Positions 38,419-52,600 of a stretch of DNA of 64,000 bases are shown one piece after another. Origin of the DNA: Schmidtea nova (Eukaryota); contig CM097883.1 in assembly GCA_044892505.1 (NCBI GenBank), positions 191,642,001-191,706,000 of the forward strand, read 5' to 3'. Every line of letters begins with the position of its first letter. Within the stretch, counting starts at the first letter, position 1. The notes under the pieces were generated by a model, which saw only the letters and a list, made by a program, of their open reading frames with translations, searched no databases and was not told where the DNA came from. Made by a program: the position numbers and the translations under genes.

Positions 38419-39462
38419 AATAAACACAAAAGGAATTATTAATCATTCTATAAATTTCAAATAGGTAAAAAATATTAATTTAATAAAACAAATTATTTCT
38501 GATCATTTTATTTAAGTAATTGTTTAATTGTTTAATTAAAATCTTATCTTCTTTGACTTTTGATGTTTTTAATTCATTTATTTTTATATTTTCAAGAAAT
38601 AGATAAAAAATATTTCTTTTCGTTCTATTCAACAAAGTTTTTGAAACTGTCTTTCAAGTGTTAAATAATAATATACTATTTCATTCTTTATAAATTGACA
38701 CATTTTGAAACATATTGACATATTAAGTTGAAAATAGCATTTTATGAGAAATTATTAAAACTATTTTTAACAACGAAATTATATTTTTCAAAAGTTTTAA
38801 ATGTTGATACATAGGTCGTTCAAATTTTAATGTTTACTTTTGGTATACTATTGGTGGGTTATTGGTGAAATTGACCTAACTGCTGTGGCTCGACCCCTCT
38901 GTTACCAGTTGCATAGTAGTATTGGTAATGTAACAAATGGGTGGATATCCACAAAAAGTGTCCACTATTTCTAGGGCTATAATTTATCGATTATCTCGGT
39001 TTAGTTTAAGGTTAACTTATAGAAGGTATATTGCCAATTTTTGTCCCACTATTAAATCAAAACTATGCTTTCAATCATGGTGGTAAATAGTTACCGTTCG
39101 GTGATTTTCATTAATGGTGGGTCGTTGACCGTATATACTGACCTTGACGTTGATATGGCTCACACCAACAACTCAACACATAAAACATTAGCTTGACCAT
39201 CTTATTGCCCGTCAAAAAGTAACGTTGGTAATGCAGCAAATGGGTGGATTTTTGCAAACAGTGTATACAAGGGCTACCGATAGAAAGTTACTTCTATGGT
39301 TCTACAGAGCTGGATGAATTTGTTTAAATGCGATTCTTGGGTTCTTTTTCCCACGACGAGCTTCTCTGCTTTCTTTCTTTTTCGTCAAGCTCGAGATGAT
39401 GAATTCAACGTTCTTCTCCACCTTTTGAATTAATTTGATAATGTCTTCCATTTTCTAAAGAT

Positions 39463-40830
39463 TGTTGGGCTGGCGGAATCGAAAATAAATTTTGTTTAAA
39501 TTCATCAAAATAAAATGCATGAAAAACAAAACGGATTCAAAAGCACGATAAAATGTTAAGCGGTAAAATAACGCAAAAGAAAATAAAACAGTAAAATACA
39601 ATAGTAGTTATACGAACCGCTTTCTATAAGTCGGTCAAGATATGGTTGAAACGATAGAAAAGAGGCATCTCAGAATAGAGCCCACAATTTGAGTGGAGGT
39701 CGGATTTATATACGAAAGACCACAGGAGAATTGAATGGGGAAGATTATTATTTGTGTAGTAAATACGAAAATCATCATTAAAGAATAAAATCGGTATCAG
39801 AATAAATAGGATAATTTATTAAAAATTATAGAAAATATCCCTATTGAAATTTTGTAAAAATAGCATAGATAAGAATGAAAATAGAATTAAATTAAATCTG
39901 ATTAATCAATCAATTAACATACAAAAAACAATGGATACACACATCATTCAACGGAATTAAAAACAAATATTTTAGAAATAAATAAATAAATCAAATAATA
40001 AAATTAAATATACAAAAAATAAATAAATACTAAAACAAATAAAACAAATAAAAACTAACAAGTAAGTTTAATAACTATATAACATTATTCAAATAACAAC
40101 ATATGTGAGCGTCAGTAGATTTACAATCTGAACTTACTTGGCATTAATTTACCGAGAGTAAATTTTTGGATTTCACCAGTCAGTCATAGAAATCAAGTAT
40201 CTGGTTATATTTTCTTTGTAATATTTTCTGGGTAATTATGATGTAGTGTTCTACAATATATTTTTTAGGTAAAATATTTGTTTTTTTTATTAAAAGATTC
40301 CCGATTAAACTCTGCACATAAATAAATAGTTGTGGCCTTAGCGGTGTAATGCCGTGAGATAGGAGCCTCCTGTCGTGACTCTTCGGAGTTATGCGGGTGT
40401 GGTGAGATACAAACTAATAAACACCGACAATAATACTACAGGTGATGGGAAAAGATAAATTAGGCACAAAATGTAAAGATAAACTAGGGGAAGTTAAGAA
40501 AGGTAATCAATACTTTTGGAGAATGAATAAGCATAGAACTAAGAGGAAGCTACGATTTGAACATGCAACAGGACAGTAAAGGAAGTAGATGCGTAAATCC
40601 TTCAATCGGCAGCAGGAATTCAAAAGAAAAAATATGGAGAGGAGTAGTTATGATAACGAAGCTTTCCTGCTCACTAGATCCTCACCACTGTGTACAGTAC
40701 CAACGTAGTTAGTCAAGGAGTAACTATGATTACACGAGTGAGGTAGTTTAATATTTATGAAGTGATATGGATTATAGTCGTTCCTATAAACCAATAATAT
40801 TTTTCTTAACAACAGCCCATAGTCCCAACA
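39463..40830 (+). mobile_element. 5' LTR, family C
   Basis: TGTTGGG...CCCAACA inverted termini; followed by TGGGGACTCAGTCGGGAT (tRNA-Pro-like PBS, 40837-40854). Confidence 0.88.
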
Positions 40831-41029
40831 TAAATTTGGGGACTCAGTCGGGATTAAAGTGATTTTATTAAGGAAAGCTAAACGATAATAACAGAGAGAA
40901 TTAGAAATAGTTGATGGGGAGTGAGTAGACAGTGAATAGCATTTTTTAATGTTAGTGAATAGTATCCAAATTGATAGTTGAATAAGTAGGCAGTAAATTA
41001 TAGTAGAAAACGAATAATAAAAGCTATGT

Positions 41030-43180
41030 GGCGGTGAATAGCGCCAAATTCAGTAAAATAAGTCATATAACAATGAATAATACCTAAATTAATAGTAGAA
41101 CAACCAGGCATTCAATTACGCCCAAAAAGGAATAGTAGGAAATAGATTGCAGCGAATAACATCAAAATTCGGTAAAACAAATTTTAGTACAATAAACAAG
41201 TAGGCAAAATATGTCATAGGACAGCGAATAACATAAAAATAGAGAAAATGTGTTATATTACAGTGAATAACATAAAAATAGATAAGATTTGTTATAAAAT
41301 AATGAATAACATCGATAGGTAAAATGTGTTGTAAGGCGATGAATAACACCAAAATAGGAAAAATATATTGAGTTACATTGAATAGCATCAAAATAGTTAA
41401 AATATGTTATAGGATAGTGAATGCCATCAGTTTATGAAAAATATGTTATAAAGCAATAACTAACATCAAAATAGGTGTAAGATGACGAGGGTAAATCCAT
41501 CGACACATTCCTTCTCTCAGAAAATTATATTGTGGGGTTCAACAAGTATAGAATCAATATTTACGCAGAATCCGTCTGCACAATCACCAATCAAGAACAA
41601 TCAAACCCCAACAAACAACTTAAAACAACAATCAGCGAATCAGTTACGTACAATTCTCATACCACACAATTTATCAAGTTAAATCTATTCAATTCAAATA
41701 TCATCTTTATGACAATTGACATTATTTAACATTTGATATCCTTTTAATTGTGTATATCCTTTTAGACATTTCTCTATACTATATATTTTTATCCTTATGA
41801 TATTCATGTATATATGGACTTATTTTATTGTATTTTGATATCTTTTTAATTGTTGCATCTCTGTATACTATATTTTTATAATATTTATGTATATATGGAC
41901 TTAATTTATTTTATTTAATTGATATGGATTTATATTTGTATAAATTTATGGTTAGGGATTTATTCTAGATATAATTGTTATTTATTTTTTGGAAAATAAT
42001 TATTAATTCAAGTCGAAATAAATTTATCGATAAGGATTTATTTATTTAGTCGAAAAATAACGGATTGTGTTTGTGCGGCTTGCTTTGAATATTTAACAAT
42101 TAATCAATAAAATAAATATTATTTTAAGATAAAAAATTTTAGTATATAAAAGGATTAAAAAATCAAAAATCGCCCACAATTTTTTCTAGAATTTAGATTC
42201 TATTAAACTTAGCACACGCAAAATTCTCAAAGGGTAATCCTGATAGAAATTAACATAAAGAACAGCACAAAAAGATCCACCACATTTAAAAAAAATATAT
42301 ATCACAACAGGTAAAAATAACACCCACTCAATAGGACACCTTTATAAAAAATTGTTTAAAAATTTAAAAGACTATTGATATTTAGTGTGATTGCAAATAT
42401 TGTTCCGTAAAGCTATTGGTAATTTTTTATTGTTAATAAAAATATAATTTCAAGATTTGACTTCTGATTTGATTATATATATAGTTAGACACCAGTGCAC
42501 GCTGAAATCTAAAATCTTAGACCTCCACATAGGTAAAATATGTTGTAGGGCAGTGAACAACATCAAAGTAAGTGTAATAAGCTGTATTGCAGTCAATAAC
42601 ATCAATAGTGTTAAGATAAGTAGTATTTCAGTAAATAACAATAATAACGTTAAATTAAGTTGTATTCCAGTGAAAAACTTCAATAACGAAGAAACAGGTT
42701 GTGGTTCAGTGAATAACACCAATAGCGTCAAAATATATTTTATCGAATAAAATCAATAGCGTTAGAAATAGCTATATTTCAGTGAATGCCATCAGCAGCG
42801 TTAAAATAAGTTGTGTTTCAGTGAATAACATCAATAGCGTTAAGATAAACAGTATATCAGTAAATACCATCAAAAGTAAGAAAAACATTTTGTTGTGTTT
42901 CAACGAATAACATCAAAAGTGACGAAACAAATTATACTGCATCAAAAGTAACGAGAACAAACATGTTTTCAGTGATTAACATCAAAAATTTTAAAAACCA
43001 TTGTATTTCAGTCATTAACATCGAAATTTAAGATATATGTGATGCTTCAACGAATAACACCAAAATTGGAAATATGGGAAGTATTGCAGTAATTAACATC
43101 AAAAGTGAAAACATGCGTTAATCGACAATGAATATCACCAGAAAATAAAAAATACTCATCGTGTTACAATGAATAGCACC
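41030..43180 (+). repeat. Degenerate 39-bp (13-codon) repeat array, ~28 units, split by a solo LTR; repeated in each tandem unit
   Basis: Core CAGTGAATAACATCAAAA at ~39-bp spacing; reads VNNIKxxKICxxA/S. Confidence 0.88.
41476..42529. mobile_element. Solo LTR, family D (also 47411-48464, 53346-54399, 59281-60334)
   Basis: TG...CA termini, exact TAGG duplication; removal restores the 39-bp repeat phase. Confidence 0.85.
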
Positions 43181-43199
43181 CATGAAAAATCAAAGCGAA

Positions 43200-45486
43200 A
43201 AGACAATAATTAATATCCAAAGCCATAGTGAAACGAAAGCACAACAAATAACATCAAATTTAATATTTGAAAGAGCGAACAAGGGAAAAATAAATATAGC
43301 GTATTTTTCAGAAACTGTCGAAATCAATGAATGGAATGAATTTATTGCAAAGTATTGTGTATTCATCTGGTTTGAGTGATGTATACCATTAGTAGATAGT
43401 AAAGAGTGAGCGAAAAAGATGAATGCTTACAATCAGATTTGAAGTTCACATAGAGAAATGTTTGAATAGAGAGAGGTGAGAAAGAAAGTATAATTGAATA
43501 AAACGAAATTGATACCCGCTAAAAAGTCGAAAGTAAAGGAATAGTAAAAACAACAAATGTAAATGGATAAAGCATTTGTCTGCGAAAGATATGAAAATTA
43601 TAAGAAAGATAGTAATGAATCAAAAGGTAGCTAAAGGAGAATCCGAGTTAATAACAGAAAGGACAATGTGCAACAATCGAATCAAGTAAAAGTAAAAGTA
43701 AAAGCATTAGGAGCAGTAAATAACCGGAGAAAATACACAAACTTAAAACTTATAGAACGAGGACTACGTTACCAAACGAGAATAAATCAAGATAAAACAC
43801 GAATTGCCAACAATAGATATGACGTCAACAAATTCAAAACAAACATAATGTTGAGGACAATATTTGAAGAACACAGCGGAAGGAACAGCACAAAACGCAA
43901 TAAAAGAAAAAACAAACCGGAAGTTAGAACTATCGAAAACAGATGACATGCCTACTTAAAAGTTAAGTTCAGAACAGCGTAGAACGTAATAAAAGAAAAA
44001 GTAAACCGGAAAAAATAAACTATCAAAATCTGATGACATACCTACTTAAAAGATAAATTCAGCGAGAAGAAAAGCTGGTTTAATAAAGTAAATCGGGGAA
44101 TCGGGGAATCGGGGAAAACAAAGAACAGTTAACGTTATAAACAGAGACGAATAGTAAAATAAAGAATATGAACGAAACCAAAAGTAAAATCAAGTACAAA
44201 AATAATCAAAACGAACAAATTAAACTCAAACAAATAGTTATAGGAATTGAATCAAGATATAACTGGGCAAAGACAAAATAAAGTAAAATGAGGGGTAACA
44301 ACGATAATATCGACATAAGTAAATCACAGGATACCCGAAAAAGACTGGCTCGTAGTGAAATAAAATTAAAAGATGGATAAATTAAAAATGGGAAAATTTG
44401 CAACCAAGTCATTCGAACAGAACAAATAATTTGCAAATTTATTTTGTGGATGCTATATAGTCTGTTTAGTAGAAGTAAAACAAATTCTTGAGCTTCAACA
44501 AAGGTAGTACGATATAATAATTGGAAAATTACCAATCATCCTCGACGAAGGATAAGAGGCTAGGTACCGTCGCATATGTTGGGAAATCCTTACGTGTGAC
44601 TGCTCACCACACGATTCTGGAGTGGACTAGTGCGATTGTCTCTTATCTAGAGTCAAGAAGTGTGGGAAATTCCATAAAGAATATAAATTAAAAAAAGTGC
44701 GCAATGAGAATAGGTAATATACAAAGATATATCGTGAATAGTTAAATCATAACACCAAGTGAGAAAAGAATCAGTAAGTTTATTAAGAATAAAAATTTAA
44801 CTAGTAAAACACTACAAGAATTTAGAACATAGTAGAAACAGTACTTTCGGAACCAAGAAAGTAATGGAAATGAAACAAGTAAAATGAACTATGTAAACGA
44901 AACAAATAAAGAAAGTTAAGTAAAAGCTAGCTAGTAAAAATAACGATTAAGTAACAATAAAAGACTATAGCAAGAGAAGTGGGAATAACCAAAAATCAGA
45001 ATAAAACGACGTCGTAGAAGTAAGAGTGAATAAAAGTGCATAATAAGCTCTTGTTAATATAAAAGTAATAGGAATTAAACTCAACTGAAAATAGTAAATA
45101 GAGTTGCCAATAAGATAATACAATAAGATAACCAATAATACAAACCACAGCGATACAAGAGGAAATATCAACTAACAAAGATAACAATCATAAACCAAGA
45201 CATTGGACATATACAAACAATCGCAACAACAGCAAAAACAACAGGATAGTACAAAAACAACCTATAAACCTCGAAAGTTTTGTCAGATATTGTGAATATT
45301 GCCAACGAATAGAACACTACCAAAACAATTGTTACAGACAAAGCGAATGTTGGGACTGCAACGGTAAGGGGCACATCGGAAATGTATAAGTTCCCGAAGA
45401 AATGCTACAAGTGTGGACAAGAAGGACATTTAAAGGGTAACTGACAAGAAGGAAGAAACATCGAAAACTCAAGAATGGGACTTTAA
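43200..45486 (+). pseudogene. Degraded gag of the LTR-C element with three CCHC zinc knuckles
   Basis: 45291-45444: CEYCQRIEHYQNNC, CWDCNGKGHI(fs), CYKCGQEGHLKGN*; many stops upstream; repeated at +5935 intervals. Confidence 0.75.
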
Positions 45487-45487
45487 T

Positions 45488-46669
45488 AATATAATAATTT
45501 AAGGAATTTATTGTATTAAAAGAATTTATAAGTATTTAAAATAATTGATTTATTTAATTTGTGTTTCCACGTATTTTTACTTGATGCGTTATAACTAACG
45601 AGAACATATAAAAATAGTAACTACAAGAGTTACTTACATATAGCCCACCGGAAAAAGTGCGGAGCATGTGGGAACCATTGTCTGAACGAACACACTTTTT
45701 ATTTACATATTTATTTACAGGAGTGTACAGATTTGCGACAATTCTGAGGAGATAGAGAAAAAGAAGAAGAAAAAGAAAAATAAGGTTTATTGTAGGTTTA
45801 AGATATTTTATGGTGCGTATCAACCGTGTAGGGGTATTTTTCGGTTGCCCGATTGTTCTTTCACGTACCCAATATGCGAAAAATGTCTTTTTGGATCTTG
45901 TATTTGATGAAGGTCTGTCTTGTTGGTTGTTTTTTTGGAATCGATTTTTTGTTTGATTGTTTGTTCTTTAAGTCTTGAGTTTCAATTGCTGTGTTTGGTT
46001 TGTATGTTTGTTCGGTGTTGTTTGATATTGTTGTATTTGACTCAAAATAATTGGTTTGATTTTGATTTCGGATATTGTTTTGGTGAATGTAGCCGTCATT
46101 TGGACATGTACTAAAATCTTGATTGTCCATGAAATCGTGGTTTCTTTCTGTGACGTGTTCGACTTCATTTTCTTCATTTTCCGTAACGTGAAATCCAATT
46201 CTGAATGATTTTGGTTGCAACGTTTTCGGCTGTAATTGTTTTTAATGGGATTGCTTCAAACCAGCGTGTTTTTCTGTCAATCATAGCCAGTATGTGATTT
46301 TATCCGTTATCCATTGGTAATGGGTCTACTAGGCCCATGTATACAAAATAAAATCGATTTCCAGTTGAAAAATTCATTATTGGTGGTTTAGTGATTTTGC
46401 TTATTTTGTTTTATTGACAAAACAAACATTGTGATACCCAATCTTTTATATCTTTACTCATGAAAGGCCATACAACCCATGAAGAACCTTGGTGGTGTAA
46501 GTCGTGGATTGCTGATAAAGCTAGTTTACGTGTTGGGACTGCGAGTATTTGTCTCATACAGCCTGGAATTGAAATGTCATAGTCGACGTCATCGAGATTG
46601 AGGTGCCCAGATGATAACACGGATATATCTTCTTCTGTTGGCACGTGTCTCTTGAGTTCGTCAACTGAT
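45488..46669 (-). mobile_element. 3' part of a second Gypsy element (integrase remnant plus probable short 3' LTR)
   Basis: IHDLHHQG...WPFMSKDIKDWVSQCLFCQ (HHCC) and LVDPLP...LAMIDRKTRWFEAIPLKTITAE, then internal deletion; GGTGGGCTATA|TG candidate PPT/LTR start at 45638; repeated in each unit. Confidence 0.85.
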
Positions 46670-49600
46670 CGAGTGAGGTAGTTTAATATTTATGAAGTGA
46701 TATGGATTATAGTCGTTCCTATAAACCAATAATATTTTTCTTAACAACAGCCCATAGTCCCAACATAAATTTGGGGACTCAGTCGAGATTAAAGTGATTT
46801 TATTAAGGAAAGCTAAACGATAATAACAGAGAGAATTAGAAATAGTTGATGGGGAGTGAGTAGACAGTGAATAGCATTTTTTAATGTTAGTGAATAGTAT
46901 CCAAATTGATAGTTGAATAAGTAGGCAGTAAATTATAGTAGAAAACGAATAATAAAAGCTATGTGGCGGTGAATAGCGCCAAATTCAGTAAAATAAGTCA
47001 TATTACAATGAATAATACCTAAATTAATAGTAGAACAACCAGGCATTCAATTACGCCCAAAAAGGAATAGTAGGAAATAGATTGCAGCGAATAACATCAA
47101 AATTCGGTAAAACAAATTTTAGTACAATAAACAAGTAGGCAAAATATGTCATAGGACAGCGAATAACATAAAAATAGAGAAAATGTGTTATATTACAGTG
47201 AATAACATAAAAATAGATAAGATTTGTTATAAAATAATGAATAACATCGATAGGTAAAATGTGTTGTAAGGCGATGAATAACACCAAAATAGGAAAAATA
47301 TATTGAGTTACATTGAATAGCATCAAAATAGTTAAAATATGTTATAGGATAGTGAATGCCATCAGTTTATGAAAAATATGTTATAAAGCAATAACTAACA
47401 TCAAAATAGGTGTAAGATGACGAGGGTAAATCCATCGACACATTCCTTCTCTCAGAAAATTATATTGTGGGGTTCAACAAGTATAGAATCAATATTTACG
47501 CAGAATCCGTCTGCACAATCACCAATCAAGAACAATCAAACCCCAACAAACAACTTAAAACAACAATCAGCGAATCAGTTACGTACAATTCTCATACCAC
47601 ACAATTTATCAAGTTAAATCTATTCAATTCAAATATCATCTTTATGACAATTGACATTATTTAACATTTGATATCCTTTTAATTGTGTATATCCTTTTAG
47701 ACATTTCTCTATACTATATATTTTTATCCTTATGATATTCATGTATATATGGACTTATTTTATTGTATTTTGATATCTTTTTAATTGTTGCATCTCTGTA
47801 TACTATATTTTTATAATATTTATGTATATATGGACTTAATTTATTTTATTTAATTGATATGGATTTATATTTGTATAAATTTATGGTTAGGGATTTATTC
47901 TAGATATAATTGTTATTTATTTTTTGGAAAATAATTATTAATTCAAGTCGAAATAAATTTATCGATAAGGATTTATTTATTTAGTCGAAAAATAACGGAT
48001 TGTGTTTGTGCGGCTTGCTTTGAATATTTAACAATTAATCAATAAAATAAATATTATTTTAAGATAAAAAATTTTAGTATATAAAAGGATTAAAAAATCA
48101 AAAATCGCCCACAATTTTTTCTAGAATTTAGATTCTATTAAACTTAGCACACGCAAAATTCTCAAAGGGTAATCCTGATAGAAATTAACATAAAGAACAG
48201 CACAAAAAGATCCACCACATTTAAAAAAAATATATATCACAACAGGTAAAAATAACACCCACTCAATAGGACACCTTTATAAAAAATTGTTTAAAAATTT
48301 AAAAGACTATTGATATTTAGTGTGATTGCAAATATTGTTCCGTAAAGCTATTGGTAATTTTTTATTGTTAATAAAAATATAATTTCAAGATTTGACTTCT
48401 GATTTGATTATATATATAGTTAGACACCAGTGCACGCTGAAATCTAAAATCTTAGACCTCCACATAGGTAAAATATGTTGTAGGGCAGTGAACAACATCA
48501 AAGTAAGTGTAATAAGCTGTATTGCAGTCAATAACATCAATAGTGTTAAGATAAGTAGTATTTCAGTAAATAACAATAATAACGTTAAATTAAGTTGTAT
48601 TCCAGTGAAAAACTTCAATAACGAAGAAACAGGTTGTGGTTCAGTGAATAACACCAATAGCGTCAAAATATATTTTATCGAATAAAATCAATAGCGTTAG
48701 AAATAGCTATATTTCAGTGAATGCCATCAGCAGCGTTAAAATAAGTTGTGTTTCAGTGAATAACATCAATAGCGTTAAGATAAACAGTATATCAGTAAAT
48801 ACCATCAAAAGTAAGAAAAACATTTTGTTGTGTTTCAACGAATAACATCAAAAGTGACGAAACAAATTATACTGCATCAAAAGTAACGAGAACAAACATG
48901 TTTTCAGTGATTAACATCAAAAATTTTAAAAACCATTGTATTTCAGTCATTAACATCGAAATTTAAGATATATGTGATGCTTCAACGAATAACACCAAAA
49001 TTGGAAATATGGGAAGTATTGCAGTAATTAACATCAAAAGTGAAAACATGCGTTAATCGACAATGAATATCACCAGAAAATAAAAAATACTCATCGTGTT
49101 ACAATGAATAGCACCCATGAAAAATCAAAGCGAAAAGACAATAATTAATATCCAAAGCCATAGTGAAACGAAAGCACAACAAATAACATCAAATTTAATA
49201 TTTGAAAGAGCGAACAAGGGAAAAATAAATATAGCGTATTTTTCAGAAACTGTCGAAATCAATGAATGGAATGAATTTATTGCAAAGTATTGTGTATTCA
49301 TCTGGTTTGAGTGATGTATACCATTAGTAGATAGTAAAGAGTGAGCGAAAAAGATGAATGCTTACAATCAGATTTGAAGTTCACATAGAGAAATGTTTGA
49401 ATAGAGAGAGGTGAGAAAGAAAGTATAATTGAATAAAACGAAATTGATACCCGCTAAAAAGTCGAAAGTAAAGGAATAGTAAAAACAACAAATGTAAATG
49501 GATAAAGCATTTGTCTGCGAAAGATATGAAAATTATAAGAAAGATAGTAATGAATCAAAAGGTAGCTAAAGGAGAATCCGAGTTAATAACAGAAAGGACA

Positions 49601-52600
49601 ATGTGCAACAATCGAATCAAGTAAAAGTAAAAGTAAAAGCATTAGGAGCAGTAAATAACCGGAGAAAATACACAAACTTAAAACTTATAGAACGAGGACT
49701 ACGTTACCAAACGAGAATAAATCAAGATAAAACACGAATTGCCAACAATAGATATGACGTCAACAAATTCAAAACAAACATAATGTTGAGGACAATATTT
49801 GAAGAACACAGCGGAAGGAACAGCACAAAACGCAATAAAAGAAAAAACAAACCGGAAGTTAGAACTATCGAAAACAGATGACATGCCTACTTAAAAGTTA
49901 AGTTCAGAACAGCGTAGAACGTAATAAAAGAAAAAGTAAACCGGAAAAAATAAACTATCAAAATCTGATGACATACCTACTTAAAAGATAAATTCAGCGA
50001 GAAGAAAAGCTGGTTTAATAAAGTAAATCGGGGAATCGGGGAATCGGGGAAAACAAAGAACAGTTAACGTTATAAACAGAGACGAATAGTAAAATAAAGA
50101 ATATGAACGAAACCAAAAGTAAAATCAAGTACAAAAATAATCAAAACGAACAAATTAAACTCAAACAAATAGTTATAGGAATTGAATCAAGATATAACTG
50201 GGCAAAGACAAAATAAAGTAAAATGAGGGGTAACAACGATAATATCGACATAAGTAAATCACAGGATACCCGAAAAAGACTGGCTCGTAGTGAAATAAAA
50301 TTAAAAGATGGATAAATTAAAAATGGGAAAATTTGCAACCAAGTCATTCGAACAGAACAAATAATTTGCAAATTTATTTTGTGGATGCTATATAGTCTGT
50401 TTAGTAGAAGTAAAACAAATTCTTGAGCTTCAACAAAGGTAGTACGATATAATAATTGGAAAATTACCAATCATCCTCGACGAAGGATAAGAGGCTAGGT
50501 ACCGTCGCATATGTTGGGAAATCCTTACGTGTGACTGCTCACCACACGATTCTGGAGTGGACTAGTGCGATTGTCTCTTATCTAGAGTCAAGAAGTGTGG
50601 GAAATTACATAAAGAATATAAATTAAAAAAAGTGCGCAATGAGAATAGGTAATATACAAAGATATATCGTGAATAGTTAAATCATAACACCAAGTGAGAA
50701 AAGAATCAGTAAGTTTATTAAGAATAAAAATTTAACTAGTAAAACACTACAAGAATTTAGAACATAGTAGAAACAGTACTTTCGGAACCAAGAAAGTAAT
50801 GGAAATGAAACAAGTAAAATGAACTATGTAAACGAAACAAATAAAGAAAGTTAAGTAAAAGCTAGCTAGTAAAAATAACGATTAAGTAACAATAAAAGAC
50901 TATAGCAAGAGAAGTGGGAATAACCAAAAATCAGAATAAAACGACGTCGTAGAAGTAAGAGTGAATAAAAGTGCATAATAAGCTCTTGTTAATATAAAAG
51001 TAATAGGAATTAAACTCAACTGAAAATAGTAAATAGAGTTGCCAATAAGATAATACAATAAGATAACCAATAATACAAACCACAGCGATACAAGAGGAAA
51101 TATCAACTAACAAAGATAACAATCATAAACCAAGACATTGGACATATACAAACAATCGCAACAACAGCAAAAACAACAGGATAGTACAAAAACAACCTAT
51201 AAACCTCGAAAGTTTTGTCAGATATTGTGAATATTGCCAACGAATAGAACACTACCAAAACAATTGTTACAGACAAAGCGAATGTTGGGACTGCAACGGT
51301 AAGGGGCACATCGGAAATGTATAAGTTCCCGAAGAAATGCTACAAGTGTGGACAAGAAGGACATTTAAAGGGTAACTGACAAGAAGGAAGAAACATCGAA
51401 AACTCAAGAATGGGACTTTAATAATATAATAATTTAAGGAATTTATTGTATTAAAAGAATTTATAAGTATTTAAAATAATTGATTTATTTAATTTGTGTT
51501 TCCACGTATTTTTACTTGATGCGTTATAACTAACGAGAACATATAAAAATAGTAACTACAAGAGTTACTTACATATAGCCCACCGGAAAAAGTGCGGAGC
51601 ATGTGGGAACCATTGTCTGAACGAACACACTTTTTATTTACATATTTATTTACAGGAGTGTACAGATTTGCGACAATTCTGAGGAGATAGAGAAAAAGAA
51701 GAAGAAAAAGAAAAATAAGGTTTATTGTAGGTTTAAGATATTTTATGGTGCGTATCAACCGTGTAGGGGTATTTTTCGGTTGCCCGATTGTTCTTTCACG
51801 TACCCAATATGCGAAAAATGTCTTTTTGGATCTTGTATTTGATGAAGGTCTGTCTTGTTGGTTGTTTTTTTGGAATCGATTTTTTGTTTGATTGTTTGTT
51901 CTTTAAGTCTTGAGTTTCAATTGCTGTGTTTGGTTTGTATGTTTGTTCGGTGTTGTTTGATATTGTTGTATTTGACTCAAAATAATTGGTTTGATTTTGA
52001 TTTCGGATATTGTTTTGGTGAATGTAGCCGTCATTTGGACATGTACTAAAATCTTGATTGTCCATGAAATCGTGGTTTCTTTCTGTGACGTGTTCGACTT
52101 CATTTTCTTCATTTTCCGTAACGTGAAATCCAATTCTGAATGATTTTGGTTGCAACGTTTTCGGCTGTAATTGTTTTTAATGGGATTGCTTCAAACCAGC
52201 GTGTTTTTCTGTCAATCATAGCCAGTATGTGATTTTATCCGTTATCCATTGGTAATGGGTCTACTAGGCCCATGTATACAAAATAAAATCGATTTCCAGT
52301 TGAAATATTCATTATTGGTGGTTTAGTGATTTTGCTTATTTTGTTTTATTGACAAAACAAACATTGTGATACCCAATCTTTTATATCTTTACTCATGAAA
52401 GGCCATACAACCCATGAAGAACCTTGGTGGTGTAAGTCGTGGATTGCTGATAAAGCTAGTTTACGTGTTGGGACTGCGAGTATTTGTCTCATACAGCCTG
52501 GAATTGAAATGTCATAGTCGACGTCATCGAGATTGAGGTGCCCAGATGATAACACGGATATATCTTCTTCTGTTGGCACGTGTCTCTTGAGTTCGTCAAC

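Noticed and set aside
41030-43180. CRISPR-like repeat/spacer appearance
   Set aside because: Repeats are degenerate, the 'spacers' are homologous to each other, the period is a codon multiple, the context is eukaryotic and there are no cas genes
44030-44070. CTGATGA as hammerhead core
   Set aside because: No stem II followed by GAAA; lies in a 90-bp duplication within the gag remnant
44206-45823. Hydrophobic minus-strand ORFs as membrane or env proteins
   Set aside because: Expected by-product of an A-rich plus strand; no conserved motifs
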